Shown one piece after another: positions 53,575 through 63,754 of a stretch of 64,000 nt of DNA (the first letter of the stretch is position 1; each line of letters begins with the position of its first letter). This stretch comes from Candidatus Latescibacterota bacterium. GTDB taxonomy: Bacteria; Latescibacterota; UBA2968; UBA8231. Location of the stretch: contig CBDAOB010000005.1 in the NCBI GenBank assembly GCA_965197905.1, forward strand, positions 2,272,001-2,336,000, written 5' to 3'. The notes beneath the pieces are model-generated. The model did not search any database. It was given only the letters and a program-made list of their open reading frames with translations, and had not been told where the DNA came from. Position numbers and translations under genes: made by a program.

Positions 53575-55443
53575 ATGTCCAAGCTTCCCTGGCTGCTGGT
53601 CTTCATTCTGGGGTACTGGGCTTACTGCATATTCTGGGGTTGGAAGGGTGCGCGCACCGCCCGAACGCCCAGCGATTATTTTATCGCCGGCCGCGGCATT
53701 GGCATGTGGGTATTCGTCCTGGCGGCAACGGCTACCTCCTTCAGCGGCTGGACCTTCGTAGGCCACCCCGGGACGATCTACAAAACCGGCCTCCCCTACG
53801 CCTTCGCTTCTTTCTACGCAATCACCATACCGCTCACCGGCGTGTTGTTCATGAAACGCCAGTGGCTGCTGGGCAAACGGTACGGGTATATCACGCCCGG
53901 AGAGATGTTCAGCGACTACTACCAGACCAACGCCATGCGTCTTCTGACGGTAGTTGTCGCCATGATTTTCAGCGTCCCGTATCTGGGTATTCAGCTCAAG
54001 GCCTCCGGGTTGCTTTTCAGCCGGCTGCTGAAAGGTACCGTGCTCGAAGAAACCTTCGCGGGATCCATCGAAGGAGGCGCCATTCTGCTCTCGGTAGTTG
54101 TGTTTATCTACGTCGCCTCCGGGGGACTGCGCTCCGTTGCCTATGTCGATTGCGTGCAATGCATTCTGCTGGCCGTAGGCATCGTGGTGCTCGGTTTTGT
54201 CGCCCTTGATCTCGTCGGCGGATGGCAATCGTTCAAACAGGGGTTGGCCGCGCTGTCGGAGGTAAAGCCGGACATGGTGGCGATTCCGACACGTCCGGAA
54301 TCTTCCTCCTTCCTCGAGCGCAGCGGCACCATGTTTTTCGACGGCTCCGGAGGTCCTTGGACGGGTCTGATGATCCTCACCTACATGTTCGCCCTCATGG
54401 GCATCCAGTCAGCTCCCGCGTTCTCCATGTGGGCTTTTGCCAACAAGGATCCACGCCCCTTCCCCTGGCAACAGGTCGTGGCCTCTTCCATCGCCATCGG
54501 CGGCATCATGTTCGTTTTTACCGCCTTTCAGGGTTTGGGGGGCGCGCTCCTCGATGGCGAGCTGGTCCCCGGGAAGAGCCGTCTTGGCATACCTCAATCG
54601 GACTCGCTGGTTCCCTACCTCATCGATACCCTCTCGAGCACCTGGCCGTGGTTGGTTGGCTTGCTGGCCGTCTGCGCATTAGCGGCAATGCAATCCACCG
54701 GTGCCGCTTACATGTCTACCGCCAGCGGCATCATCACTCGCGATCTCTACCGACATTTCCTCAATCGCGATGCGTCCCATACGGCCCAGGTTCTGGTCGG
54801 GCGCATCTCGGTAGCTGTAGTGGTTGGCCTTGCCCTGTTTGTCGGATTGGCGAGCGGTGACCTTTTGGTGCTACTTGGAGGCTTGGCGGTTTCCTACGGC
54901 TTTCAGATGTGGCCCGCGCTGCTCGGCATCTGCTATCTGCGTTTCTTTACACCAAGAGGCATCGTCTGGGGGCTGATTGCCGGCCTGTTGGCGGTTACGG
55001 TCACTTACATCACGGAGCTCGGAGGGTTGTTCGGCTTTGGACGTTACCCATTGACGATTCACAGTGCGGGTTGGGGCATCCTCTGCAATCTCGGAACAGC
55101 GACGCTGCTGAGTGCCCTCGACCGCAGCGGAGCCGGCCGCTCCCACCGCGATCGGTTCCACGACTTTCTGCGGGAACACACCCAAATCAGCAGTGAGCGC
55201 GCCGTCTGGAAGAAACCGGCCTGGGCACTGACCATCGTCTGGTTTCTCTTCGCCATCGGTCCCTTTGCCGTCCTCGGCAACGAAACCGATTCTCAGAACT
55301 GGATCGCTGGCGTTCCCTCCTTGTGGATTTGGCAGGTGACGTGGTGGGTCGTTGGGTGTTTCATGATGTACCTATTGGCCTTCAAGCTGCAGATGTCCAC
55401 CGTTCCCGACCGCGAGATCGAAACCTTACACTCCAACGATTGA
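53575..55443 (+). CDS. Sodium:solute symporter family protein
   Basis: DYFIAGR, ATSFSGWTF, GGLRSVAYVD, AAMQST; many TM helices. Confidence 0.9.
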   Translation: MSKLPWLLVFILGYWAYCIFWGWKGARTARTPSDYFIAGRGIGMWVFVLAATATSFSGWTFVGHPGTIYKTGLPYAFASFYAITIPLTGVLFMKRQWLLGKRYGYITPGEMFSDYYQTNAMRLLTVVVAMIFSVPYLGIQLKASGLLFSRLLKGTVLEETFAGSIEGGAILLSVVVFIYVASGGLRSVAYVDCVQCILLAVGIVVLGFVALDLVGGWQSFKQGLAALSEVKPDMVAIPTRPESSSFLERSGTMFFDGSGGPWTGLMILTYMFALMGIQSAPAFSMWAFANKDPRPFPWQQVVASSIAIGGIMFVFTAFQGLGGALLDGELVPGKSRLGIPQSDSLVPYLIDTLSSTWPWLVGLLAVCALAAMQSTGAAYMSTASGIITRDLYRHFLNRDASHTAQVLVGRISVAVVVGLALFVGLASGDLLVLLGGLAVSYGFQMWPALLGICYLRFFTPRGIVWGLIAGLLAVTVTYITELGGLFGFGRYPLTIHSAGWGILCNLGTATLLSALDRSGAGRSHRDRFHDFLREHTQISSERAVWKKPAWALTIVWFLFAIGPFAVLGNETDSQNWIAGVPSLWIWQVTWWVVGCFMMYLLAFKLQMSTVPDREIETLHSND

Positions 55444-55447
55444 TGCC

Positions 55448-57139
55448 GTGAGGACTGCGGTCATCCGCATCGTTCTGGCGCTGGCCCTGGCAACCGCGCT
55501 GGCGCATTGGCTGCCAACCTATGGCGAGCTGAGCGGATTCGCCCTGTTTCCGCCGCTTGTCGCCATTCTCGTTGCCGTGGCCAGCGGTCACCTGCTGCCC
55601 GGACTGACCCTCGCCATCCTCAGCGCCGCGGTTATCTCGCTGCCATCGGGCACAGCGTTCTGGGAGGTTCCGATCCTGGCAGCGGAAAAGGCGGTCATCG
55701 ATTTCCTCTGGACGCCGCTGCGGGATTCCTTTCAGCTCTACATACTCGGGTTCTCGGCCGGACTGGTCGGCATGGTACGTCTCATCGCACTCAGTGGTGG
55801 CACCCAGGCCGTGGCGGAGCTGCTGGCAACGCGAGCACAGGGGGCCCGCTCGACGACGATCGCCTCATTCCTCATGGGCTTGGCGATCTTCTTTGACGAC
55901 TACGCCAACACCCTGGTCGTAGGTACGACCATGAGGCCGATCGCTGACCGGTTTCGAGTATCGAGGGAGAAGCTGGCCTATATCGTCGACTCCACCGCTG
56001 CTCCGATTGCCGGCGTCGCCATCATAAGCACGTGGATCGGTTTCGAGGTGGGCTTGTTCGACGACATGATGCGCGAGGTGAAGAGCGGGATCTCCGGGTA
56101 CGAGCTTTTCTTTCGCGCCCTCCCCTTGCGCTTCTACTGCTGGCTAACCCTCTTTTTCGTCGCTCTCGTCGCCATACTGGAGCGCGACTTCGGTCCCATG
56201 CGCCGGGCGGAAGAGCGAGCCTGGTCCGCCAGTGAATCGCCACAGGGTCCTGAGGCCGCCTCGCCTGTCGAACAAGAGCTGTCCTCACCGGACGTGCGGT
56301 GTCACTGGCTCCTCGCCATGGCCCCGGTAGCACTGGTAATCTTCGGCGTAATGGTCGGAATGAATCTGGACAGCTGGGACAGCTCCGAGGTACAGGAGGC
56401 GCGGCGCGACGGATTCCTGTTCAACCGCACCTACTGGACCGCCGTGTTTTCGAATGCCCATAGCTCCAGGGTCATGTTCCTCGCAGCGATGGCAGGGTCG
56501 ATACTCGCCTTCTCCCTGGCGTTGACCCGCCGATCGACCGTTGATGGAAACCATCTCTTCGGAATTTGGAGGGTTTTCAAGACCTGGATCATGGGAATCG
56601 CCGGATTTTATTACGCCATCCTGATTCTGATACTTGCGTGGGCCATCAAAGAAGCGTGCAAAGCGGTAACAACGTCTGAGTATCTCGTGGCGGCGCTGTC
56701 GGGTTTTCTCGAGCCGACCTTCCTACCTATTCTCGTCTTCCTGCTGGCCGCGATCGTCGCCTTCTCCATCGGAACCTCCTGGACCACGATGGCGATTCTT
56801 CTGCCCACAATGATCCCACTCGCCTTCCAGATGGGTGGTTTGGATCTCACAGTCGCCGTTGCCGCTGCCGTGCTCGACGGCGCCATCTTCGGCGACCACT
56901 GCTCTCCGATCAGCGATACGACAGTCCTTTCCAGCATAGCGGCGTCCTGCGACCACATTCAACACGTCAAGACACAGTTCCCATACGCCGCGATCACCAT
57001 GGCCGTCGCGGCGATTTTCGGCTACCTGGGGCGTATTGTTCTGGGCAGTTCCGTGTTGTGTTTGTTGTCCGGCGGAATAGTTCTGACGGCGGTGCTGTTG
57101 ATAGTTGGCAGGCGCACGCGGGTAGGGTCAGACTCCTGA
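55448..57139 (+). CDS. NhaC-family Na+/H+ antiporter/amino-acid transporter
   Basis: IFFDDYAN, SREKLAYIVDSTAAP, GTSW, FGDHCSPISDTT. Confidence 0.9.
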   Translation: MRTAVIRIVLALALATALAHWLPTYGELSGFALFPPLVAILVAVASGHLLPGLTLAILSAAVISLPSGTAFWEVPILAAEKAVIDFLWTPLRDSFQLYILGFSAGLVGMVRLIALSGGTQAVAELLATRAQGARSTTIASFLMGLAIFFDDYANTLVVGTTMRPIADRFRVSREKLAYIVDSTAAPIAGVAIISTWIGFEVGLFDDMMREVKSGISGYELFFRALPLRFYCWLTLFFVALVAILERDFGPMRRAEERAWSASESPQGPEAASPVEQELSSPDVRCHWLLAMAPVALVIFGVMVGMNLDSWDSSEVQEARRDGFLFNRTYWTAVFSNAHSSRVMFLAAMAGSILAFSLALTRRSTVDGNHLFGIWRVFKTWIMGIAGFYYAILILILAWAIKEACKAVTTSEYLVAALSGFLEPTFLPILVFLLAAIVAFSIGTSWTTMAILLPTMIPLAFQMGGLDLTVAVAAAVLDGAIFGDHCSPISDTTVLSSIAASCDHIQHVKTQFPYAAITMAVAAIFGYLGRIVLGSSVLCLLSGGIVLTAVLLIVGRRTRVGSDS

Positions 57140-57142
57140 TAA

Positions 57143-57709
57143 CTACCAGCTGGCGGTGATGCGGTCGACGATCTCCTCGATAATCATCTCGAAAGCGGCA
57201 TCGATGGCGGCATCGCGCCCACCTTCGTCATCGTCGGCAAGATCGGCGTCGTAGGTTCCCCACCCCTCCAACCCAGGTAATTCCAGTAAAACCTCATCGT
57301 CGGCGTTGGCGACGAGTTCGGCGCGCACCTGGATCGAAAACCGATACTGCTCCGTCTCTTCACTGGCGGTATAGGTAAAGGGACGGTCTGACAACGCCAG
57401 AACCGTCATGAGCAGTACCGCGTCCGAGCTTTCTTCGTCCACCACGCGCAGGCGGCCATCACGGACAAAGGCATCTCCGGCGGTTTCGCTGAGCCGATCG
57501 CCGATATCGAACTCTGCTGTTTCGTTCTCGGCGATCGGCACGCCCACGGTGCGAATTCCACCAATCATTCCGGTTGTGGTGGAATAATGAGCGCATGCTG
57601 CCAGGCAGGACAGAAAAGCGACTACGGGAAACAGCCGGTGTCCCCTGCGAACCGGCCGCGGATGGCGGCTACTATTTCTCAGGCGTGGGATCTGTGGAGC
57701 CAGTTTCAT
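57143..57709 (-). CDS. lptE: LPS assembly lipoprotein LptE-like (start uncertain)
   Basis: Lipobox LAAC followed by Y-S; ENET; C-terminal W. Confidence 0.7.
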   Translation of the reverse strand: MKLAPQIPRLRNSSRHPRPVRRGHRLFPVVAFLSCLAACAHYSTTTGMIGGIRTVGVPIAENETAEFDIGDRLSETAGDAFVRDGRLRVVDEESSDAVLLMTVLALSDRPFTYTASEETEQYRFSIQVRAELVANADDEVLLELPGLEGWGTYDADLADDDEGGRDAAIDAAFEMIIEEIVDRITASW

Positions 57710-58130
57710 CCAGAACATTGGAACGTGCTCTGTCGCCAACGGCGATGGGTTGAAAAGACGGCCGCCCGCCGACGTCGGCACTTCGAACGTCCATCCGCTT
57801 CCACGACTGATCCCGCTCGCCGAACTTTCCCATCGAGTGTTCGACCATCACCGCACTCAGCGGCCGGGTGCTGCTGAGTGTCGCGTCGTCGGGGGCAGTC
57901 GGAGCTTTCACGGTGCACATGCGCTCCTGGACATGGGTAACCACCAACCGGGCTTTGACCATTTCCCAGTTTCCGAGGGGTTCTCCCGTATCCGGATCGG
58001 CGATCTCCGCATGTTCGTCGACCACGAGAAAGGTCGTGCCCTCCTTAACCCCCTGCTTCAGACCAACATTCAGGACCAGGGTCGCATCATCGATAATGGC
58101 CGCAACCTTGCCGTTGATTACCTCGGCCAT
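57672..58130 (-). CDS. Hypothetical protein (FlgT C-terminal-like beta domain)
   Basis: GAGGAG RBS; GKVA..LNVG..GV..G, IADPDTGEPLG. Confidence 0.7.
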   Translation of the reverse strand: MAEVINGKVAAIIDDATLVLNVGLKQGVKEGTTFLVVDEHAEIADPDTGEPLGNWEMVKARLVVTHVQERMCTVKAPTAPDDATLSSTRPLSAVMVEHSMGKFGERDQSWKRMDVRSADVGGRPSFQPIAVGDRARSNVLDETGSTDPTPEK

Positions 58131-58149
58131 CCGTACTCCTCACGTAAAG

Positions 58150-58181
58150 AAAAACCGGCCTGCATTGCTGCGGGCCGGTTT
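58150..58181 (-). terminator. Rho-independent terminator after the M23 peptidase gene
   Basis: Stem aaaccggcc(t/c)gca with ttgc loop, followed by a T-run on the minus strand. Confidence 0.7.
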
Positions 58182-58194
58182 GATAGTTTCTGGC

Positions 58195-59277
58195 TCACTT
58201 CGAGACCAATCCTAGTAATCGACCTTCCCCCAACCCGATGCCTCTTCCGCGCGGAATCTCAAGGTTGTTCCGCGGATTGTCGAGAATGTATTTCCGCGGA
58301 TCGTCGTACCCCTTTTGACCACCGCGCCGGCGGTCCTGAAAACGGACGGCGTAGTGAAGGTGCGGCCCGGTGGAGCGTCCGGTGCTTCCCATAGTTCCGA
58401 TCTGCTGCCGTCGCGACACCCAGTCACCCACCTTTACGAGACTCCTCTCCATGTGGCCGTATTCGCTGCGGTACATCCCCTCCCTGATAATCGTCTCGCC
58501 CTCTTCGTTTCGAGCTTTGATATCGTGTTCGACCACCACGACGTTACCCAACCTGACGTCCTTGTACGCGTATCTGACGACGCCATCCGCCGTAGCGTAG
58601 ATCGGCGTCCCGGAGCGACCAGCGAAATCGACCCCCATGTGAAACACCTTGCGACCCGTAAACGGATCCTTTCGATGTCCGAACCCGGAGGAAATCCAGG
58701 TGCGTTTCATCGGCACCGGAGAGATCGTCGGGAAGTGTTTGAGACCGTCCTGGCTCTCGAGAAACTGCTTCTCGATCTCCTGGAAGCTCTCTACTTGTCG
58801 ATACGCCTGCCGCTGCAGCCGGTCTACGGTGAGATTTAAATCGCGGAGCATAATTCGCTTCGAACTGGGAAGCGAGTTGACGGTTTCAGTCGGCAGATCG
58901 GCTAGGTCGCCGGACTCTTCCGGGTAGAGCGGCCCCCCACCCACACCACCCTCGGTAGAGAGCGGTTCCATCTCGTGATAGTAGCGCAAACGCTCGTCGT
59001 CGGCTCGCAGGACCTCTACCGTTTTTTCGAGATCTCCGACACCCTTGCGGACCACTTCAAGGCTGCGCAATAGGATGTCGTTCTCCTCGCTGAGCAAAGC
59101 CAGGTTTTCCCGTTGGTCTTCCCAGCCGAAATAGCCGACTGCGAAGAACGCGAATAGCGTCGCCAGCCCGATTCCGGCCACTACCGAAACCGTCAGCAAC
59201 CAGGGCGCGAAGCGATACTCGCGCACTTGACCATCATTTGTTGGAATTACGATAAAAGTAATGCGCTTTCGTGGCAT
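58195..59277 (-). CDS. M23 family metallopeptidase
   Basis: N-terminal TM and coiled coil; HMGVD, YGH, TGRSTGPHLHY. Confidence 0.93.
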   Translation of the reverse strand: MPRKRITFIVIPTNDGQVREYRFAPWLLTVSVVAGIGLATLFAFFAVGYFGWEDQRENLALLSEENDILLRSLEVVRKGVGDLEKTVEVLRADDERLRYYHEMEPLSTEGGVGGGPLYPEESGDLADLPTETVNSLPSSKRIMLRDLNLTVDRLQRQAYRQVESFQEIEKQFLESQDGLKHFPTISPVPMKRTWISSGFGHRKDPFTGRKVFHMGVDFAGRSGTPIYATADGVVRYAYKDVRLGNVVVVEHDIKARNEEGETIIREGMYRSEYGHMERSLVKVGDWVSRRQQIGTMGSTGRSTGPHLHYAVRFQDRRRGGQKGYDDPRKYILDNPRNNLEIPRGRGIGLGEGRLLGLVSK

Positions 59278-59599
59278 TTCCCCGTCCGGTCATTATGGGC
59301 CAAAGCTTGCCCGGTTGCCTCAATTCATTGGGTTCATATTCGCCCAAAACTCCGACAATGTAGGAATTGGTCCCACGATTGTCAATTTTTCTTTAGGTCT
59401 TGTTTTTTCTGGTGTTCCATAAGAAATCCCAGAACGCGCGGTCCCCCGGTCGCGGTTCCAGGAGCGGCCGTTGACGCTGTGCGTCCAACCCAGCGTTGAC
59501 CCTGTCCACACGCTATTCTTATATAATAGGAACCGGCCGATAATCCGGACACCAGAAATAAAGGGCGGTCGCCAACACCGCCTCATCAAGGAAATGACC

Positions 59600-61453
59600 A
59601 TGTTTCGTTTTTTCGCTCCAATTGTCATCCTGCTCGCCGCTTCCCACCCAAGGCCCAGCGCCGCCGCCGACAAGGCAGTCAACCGTGAATTTGATCAGTA
59701 CCTGAGACCGGTTGCCGGTTACATATATCAGTACTATTTCGAGGAAATCTCGCCCGACAGCCTGATGCACGCTGGATTGAATGGCCTTTTTCGTTATCTC
59801 GATCCGGCCTCGGAATTTACCCTCGGGGAAAAGGACAAACGTCCGTTTGATACCTTTCGCAAGATATCCGCGTCTGTCTACGAGAATTCACTCTACCCGG
59901 TCAACGCGGACACGCTGATTCGTTTCGGTATCGCCGGAATGACCGATATCCTCGATCCTCACTCCGTTTTCATGGAGAAACGGAACCTGGACAACTTCAA
60001 TATCCGCACGCGTGGACACTACGGGGGCCTTGGCTTCAGAATCCAGGTGGTCTATCCGGACAGCGCGATTGCGGTCTGGTCACTGCTTCACGACCAGACG
60101 CCGGCCGCGAAAGCGGGGGTAAAATCGGGGGATCTGATCGTCGCTATCGATGACAGCACGACTAGACAAATGTCGGCGGGCGACGGTGCCGACCTCATGC
60201 GCGGCAAACCGGGCACTCCCGTGACACTTACCTTGCAACGGGCCGGCCGCGAGGAGCCGTTCGACATCACCATCACCCGGGAAAAAGTGCAGATGCACAG
60301 CGTGCCGCACTACGACCTATTTCCCGATTCGACGGGTTATGTAAAGCTGGCACGATTTCAACCCACTGCCAGCGAGGAGGTTCGCCGCGCAATCGAGGAT
60401 CTCCAGTCCCAGGGCATGAAGCGGCTGATATTTGACCTTCAGAACAATGGTGGGGGTTACCTGCCGCAGGCGGTCGCCGTCGCCGACCTGTTCCTGGAAT
60501 CCGACAGACTGGTTGTGTTTCACGCCGGCAGAGCCTCCAAAGACACGACCATGCTGCGCACTAACGATCCCGCTTTGCTGCAGGACGAGCCACTGATCGT
60601 GATTGTAAACCGGGGATCGGCAAGCGCCTCCGAAATCGTCGCCGGCGCGATACAGGATTGGGACCGGGGTTTGGTGCTGGGCACGCCCACGGTCGGCAAG
60701 GGTTCGGTTCAGCAGATCATACGAATCGGCGATACTGCCGAGCTCAAACTGACGACGAGCGCGTATTTCACTCCAAGCGGTCGCTCCATAGACCGGCGCA
60801 TGCGCAAGGATTCCACCGTGGTTGGGAGTGGTACGAGGGAGTTCCGCACTCGCGTTCTGAAACGCGTAGTTCGCAGTGGAGGCGGCATCACTCCGGACAT
60901 ATTCGCGGAAAGCCGTCGCAGAACGCCGATCTACGTGCAGTTGGAGGGTCAAATGGACGGAGTGCACGACCTCAACAATCACTTCTTCTATTTCGCGCGG
61001 CAGTACGTGGTGCAGAGTCCAGATCTCACCCCAGAATTCAGAGCCAAAGAGAAAACGCTCAAAGAGTTCCGCGAGTTCATTGCGAAGCGGCAGTTCGACT
61101 ACATAAGTCATGCGGAAGCCCGGCTCAACTCGCTGGAGGATGTGGCGCAAGTCGATGAGTACAAGAAGCTGGAAAAATCGATCAAACGCCTCAAAAGCGA
61201 GATCGACAAGATTGAAGAGAATCACTGGGACGACACCGAGGAGTTGATTCGCTGGAAGCTCACCTACGAGATTCTCGAAAAGGGGTTCGGGCAGAAGGTG
61301 GCCTCCGCTTACCTGGTCTCGGTGAATCCACAAGTGAACAAGGCCCTGGAGATTCTGCGCGATCCTCTGGTTTACGAGGAGTGGTTCCAAAAAGAGGAGA
61401 TCGGCCTCGAGGATGAGGGAGAGGTGGCAGATTCGGGAGCTTCTAAGCACTAG
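59600..61453 (+). CDS. ctpA: S41A C-terminal processing protease
   Basis: LDPHS, PDZ GGLG, DLQNNGGG, SASASEIVAGA, GKGSVQ, TPSGRSI, GGITPD. Confidence 0.92.
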   Translation: MFRFFAPIVILLAASHPRPSAAADKAVNREFDQYLRPVAGYIYQYYFEEISPDSLMHAGLNGLFRYLDPASEFTLGEKDKRPFDTFRKISASVYENSLYPVNADTLIRFGIAGMTDILDPHSVFMEKRNLDNFNIRTRGHYGGLGFRIQVVYPDSAIAVWSLLHDQTPAAKAGVKSGDLIVAIDDSTTRQMSAGDGADLMRGKPGTPVTLTLQRAGREEPFDITITREKVQMHSVPHYDLFPDSTGYVKLARFQPTASEEVRRAIEDLQSQGMKRLIFDLQNNGGGYLPQAVAVADLFLESDRLVVFHAGRASKDTTMLRTNDPALLQDEPLIVIVNRGSASASEIVAGAIQDWDRGLVLGTPTVGKGSVQQIIRIGDTAELKLTTSAYFTPSGRSIDRRMRKDSTVVGSGTREFRTRVLKRVVRSGGGITPDIFAESRRRTPIYVQLEGQMDGVHDLNNHFFYFARQYVVQSPDLTPEFRAKEKTLKEFREFIAKRQFDYISHAEARLNSLEDVAQVDEYKKLEKSIKRLKSEIDKIEENHWDDTEELIRWKLTYEILEKGFGQKVASAYLVSVNPQVNKALEILRDPLVYEEWFQKEEIGLEDEGEVADSGASKH

Positions 61454-61457
61454 ATCC

Positions 61458-61607
61458 CTAGTGGCCTGTCGCATAAATACATTGCGTTTTCGGGCCTGGC
61501 ATTGCCTTCGCTCGCCGTACTCGACCAGTGCGGCTCGCTCAGGGGCCTTGCGGGGCGGGCGCCTCGGCGCCCGAATTCCATAAGCTATTTCCGCGACAGG
61601 CCACCAG
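61458..61607. mobile_element. MITE-like non-coding element with terminal inverted repeats
   Basis: Left end ctagtggcctgtcgcataaata versus right end reverse complement ctggtggcctgtcgcggaaata; inner ttcgggc/gcccgaa pairing. Confidence 0.65.
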
Positions 61608-61795
61608 CATACGAGACCAGTGCGCGCAGGTTCGTTGATCGATCCGCTCCCTTCCCGATCCCGGCGGCAGCCCCCGCGTCTTGATCATTTCTGCGTAAAT
61701 CCTTAGGATATCGAATAGGACGGCGGTACAGGGGTCCTTTCACAGTCTATTCAGCGATTGCGTCTTCCTCGCAAGAGACTCTACTCCATAGATTT

Positions 61796-62737
61796 ATGGG
61801 AAGAATCCAACCTCGGAAACGGTTGCCAGCCTGGTTGAAGGCGAAGGCGCCGGGTAGTCCAAGTTACCTCCGCCTCAAGGGGTTGGTGAACGACCTCCAG
61901 CTACATACGGTCTGTGAGAGCGCCAATTGCCCTAACGTGGGGGAGTGCTGGGGGCAGGGTACGGCCACCTTCATGATTTTGGGTGATGTCTGCACGCGAA
62001 GCTGCGGGTTCTGTGCCATAAAAACGGGTAGACCCGGCTTGTTGGATGAGAACGAGCCGGAGCGGGTAGCACTCGCCGTGTCAAAGCTGGGCTTGCGGCA
62101 TGCCGTCATCACCTCGGTCGCTCGAGATGAGCTGGCGGACGGCGGCGCCACCATGTTTGCGCGCACCTTGGAGGCGTTGCATCGGCGCTGTCCCGGGACC
62201 TCCGTCGAGGTATTGATACCAGACTTCAAAGGAGATCGGGAGGCTCTTCGAACGGTGCTGGCTGCTGGCCCCGACATCTTGAACCACAACCTGGAAACGG
62301 TGCCGCGGCTCTACCCGCAGATGCGGCCGCAAGCTGGCTACGAGCGCTCTCTCGAGCTTCTCGACAGGGCACGACAGATGAGTCCGGCTCCGACGAAATC
62401 GGGTATCATGTTGGGTGCGGGTGAGTCGGCAAGCGAAATCGAACAGGCCATTCGCGATCTCGCCGCCGTCCAATGCGCTATACTAACCATGGGGCAGTAT
62501 CTGAGCCCCTCTGCGGATCACGTGGCCGTGGAACGATTTGTTCACCCCGACGAGTTCGGCCAGTGGCAGGGATTCGCCATGAGCCTGGGATTCCAGCATG
62601 TCGAATCCGGTCCCCTTGTCCGTAGCTCCTACCACGCCGAAAAACAGATTCCAGAGAGTGTCAACAGGCATATAGTCGAACCGCGCGCCCTGTTAGCCGC
62701 GTTGTCTAAACATCCGACTCACGCAACAACACCATAG
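61796..62737 (+). CDS. lipA: Lipoyl synthase
   Basis: CESANCPNVGEC, CTRSCGFC, NHNLETV, RSSY. Confidence 0.97.
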   Translation: MGRIQPRKRLPAWLKAKAPGSPSYLRLKGLVNDLQLHTVCESANCPNVGECWGQGTATFMILGDVCTRSCGFCAIKTGRPGLLDENEPERVALAVSKLGLRHAVITSVARDELADGGATMFARTLEALHRRCPGTSVEVLIPDFKGDREALRTVLAAGPDILNHNLETVPRLYPQMRPQAGYERSLELLDRARQMSPAPTKSGIMLGAGESASEIEQAIRDLAAVQCAILTMGQYLSPSADHVAVERFVHPDEFGQWQGFAMSLGFQHVESGPLVRSSYHAEKQIPESVNRHIVEPRALLAALSKHPTHATTP

Positions 62738-62743
62738 GAAACG

Positions 62744-63751
62744 ATGAATCTCGAACGCAAGGGAATGTCCTCCTACCTTCAGCGAAAGAAGCTGATCAAA
62801 AGAGGAACGCCGCTAAATATTCGCCCCATTGGGGACGGGCAGAAGAATCGCGTTTTTCATGTGTCCGCTCACGGGGACGAGTGGATCATCAAGCAGTCCC
62901 TGTCCCGCGTCCAGCACATCAAGGAACGCTGGTGGGTCGATCGCAAACGCGTCTTCACCGAAAGCAGCTGCATCGAGATCTTGAATCAGATCGTGCCCCC
63001 GGACGTAATCCCTCAGGTGGTTCTGGAGGACCGCACCGACTTCATCATCATCACCAGTCCGCCACCCAAAGACGCAGTCTGGTGGGAACGCGAGCTTCAA
63101 AGAGGAAAAATAGACCTGCAGATTGCCGTGCAGTGTGGCGAGCTGCTCGCTACGGTACACAATGCCACCTACGAACGGCCGGACCTGAAGACTAACTTCA
63201 GGGATACCAAGATCTTCGAGCAACTGCGCATCGGTCCGTACTACGACGCGATAGCCGCAGCTTTCCCGGATCTTCGAAAAATTATCGATGCCCAGGCCCA
63301 GGAGCTGCTTAAACGAAAGGTCACGCTGGTGTTGGCCGACTTGCGGCCGAGAAATGTGTGGATCGACACAGGGCAGGTCTATCTCGTCGACTTCGCCACT
63401 GCCCATTTCGGCAACCCTTCGTTTGACCTTGCCTTCTACTCAGCGGACCTGTGCCTCAGGGCCATGCTCAACAGTCTGCAGAAAGCGGCCTATCTGGAAG
63501 CGATAAATGTTTTTTGGAATGGCTACTTGAGAATCGCCGAATACCCAGGAAAGCAGGACGTCGAGAAAACCGCGGTGCGCGATCTGGGTTGTCTCTTGCT
63601 CAGCACCACAGACGGTCGGCTGCCGGTAGAGGGCATGCCACCGGAAATCATCGATCTTTCCCGACGCATTGCACAGAGCCTGCTCTTTACAGAGTTGGAA
63701 CGCATCGAGGACATCACCGAGTTCATCAACCGAACGCTCATCGACGGTTGA
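62744..63751 (+). CDS. APH/methylthioribose-kinase-like phosphotransferase
   Basis: GDGQKNRVF, IIKQ, FEQLRI.PYY, DLRPRN, DF.AHFGNPSFD. Confidence 0.75.
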   Translation: MNLERKGMSSYLQRKKLIKRGTPLNIRPIGDGQKNRVFHVSAHGDEWIIKQSLSRVQHIKERWWVDRKRVFTESSCIEILNQIVPPDVIPQVVLEDRTDFIIITSPPPKDAVWWERELQRGKIDLQIAVQCGELLATVHNATYERPDLKTNFRDTKIFEQLRIGPYYDAIAAAFPDLRKIIDAQAQELLKRKVTLVLADLRPRNVWIDTGQVYLVDFATAHFGNPSFDLAFYSADLCLRAMLNSLQKAAYLEAINVFWNGYLRIAEYPGKQDVEKTAVRDLGCLLLSTTDGRLPVEGMPPEIIDLSRRIAQSLLFTELERIEDITEFINRTLIDG

Positions 63752-63754
63752 TCT

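Noticed and set aside
59496..59527. Sigma70 promoter or DnaA box upstream of ctpA
   Set aside because: TTGACC to TATAAT spacing is 20 bp and there is only one mismatched DnaA-like box
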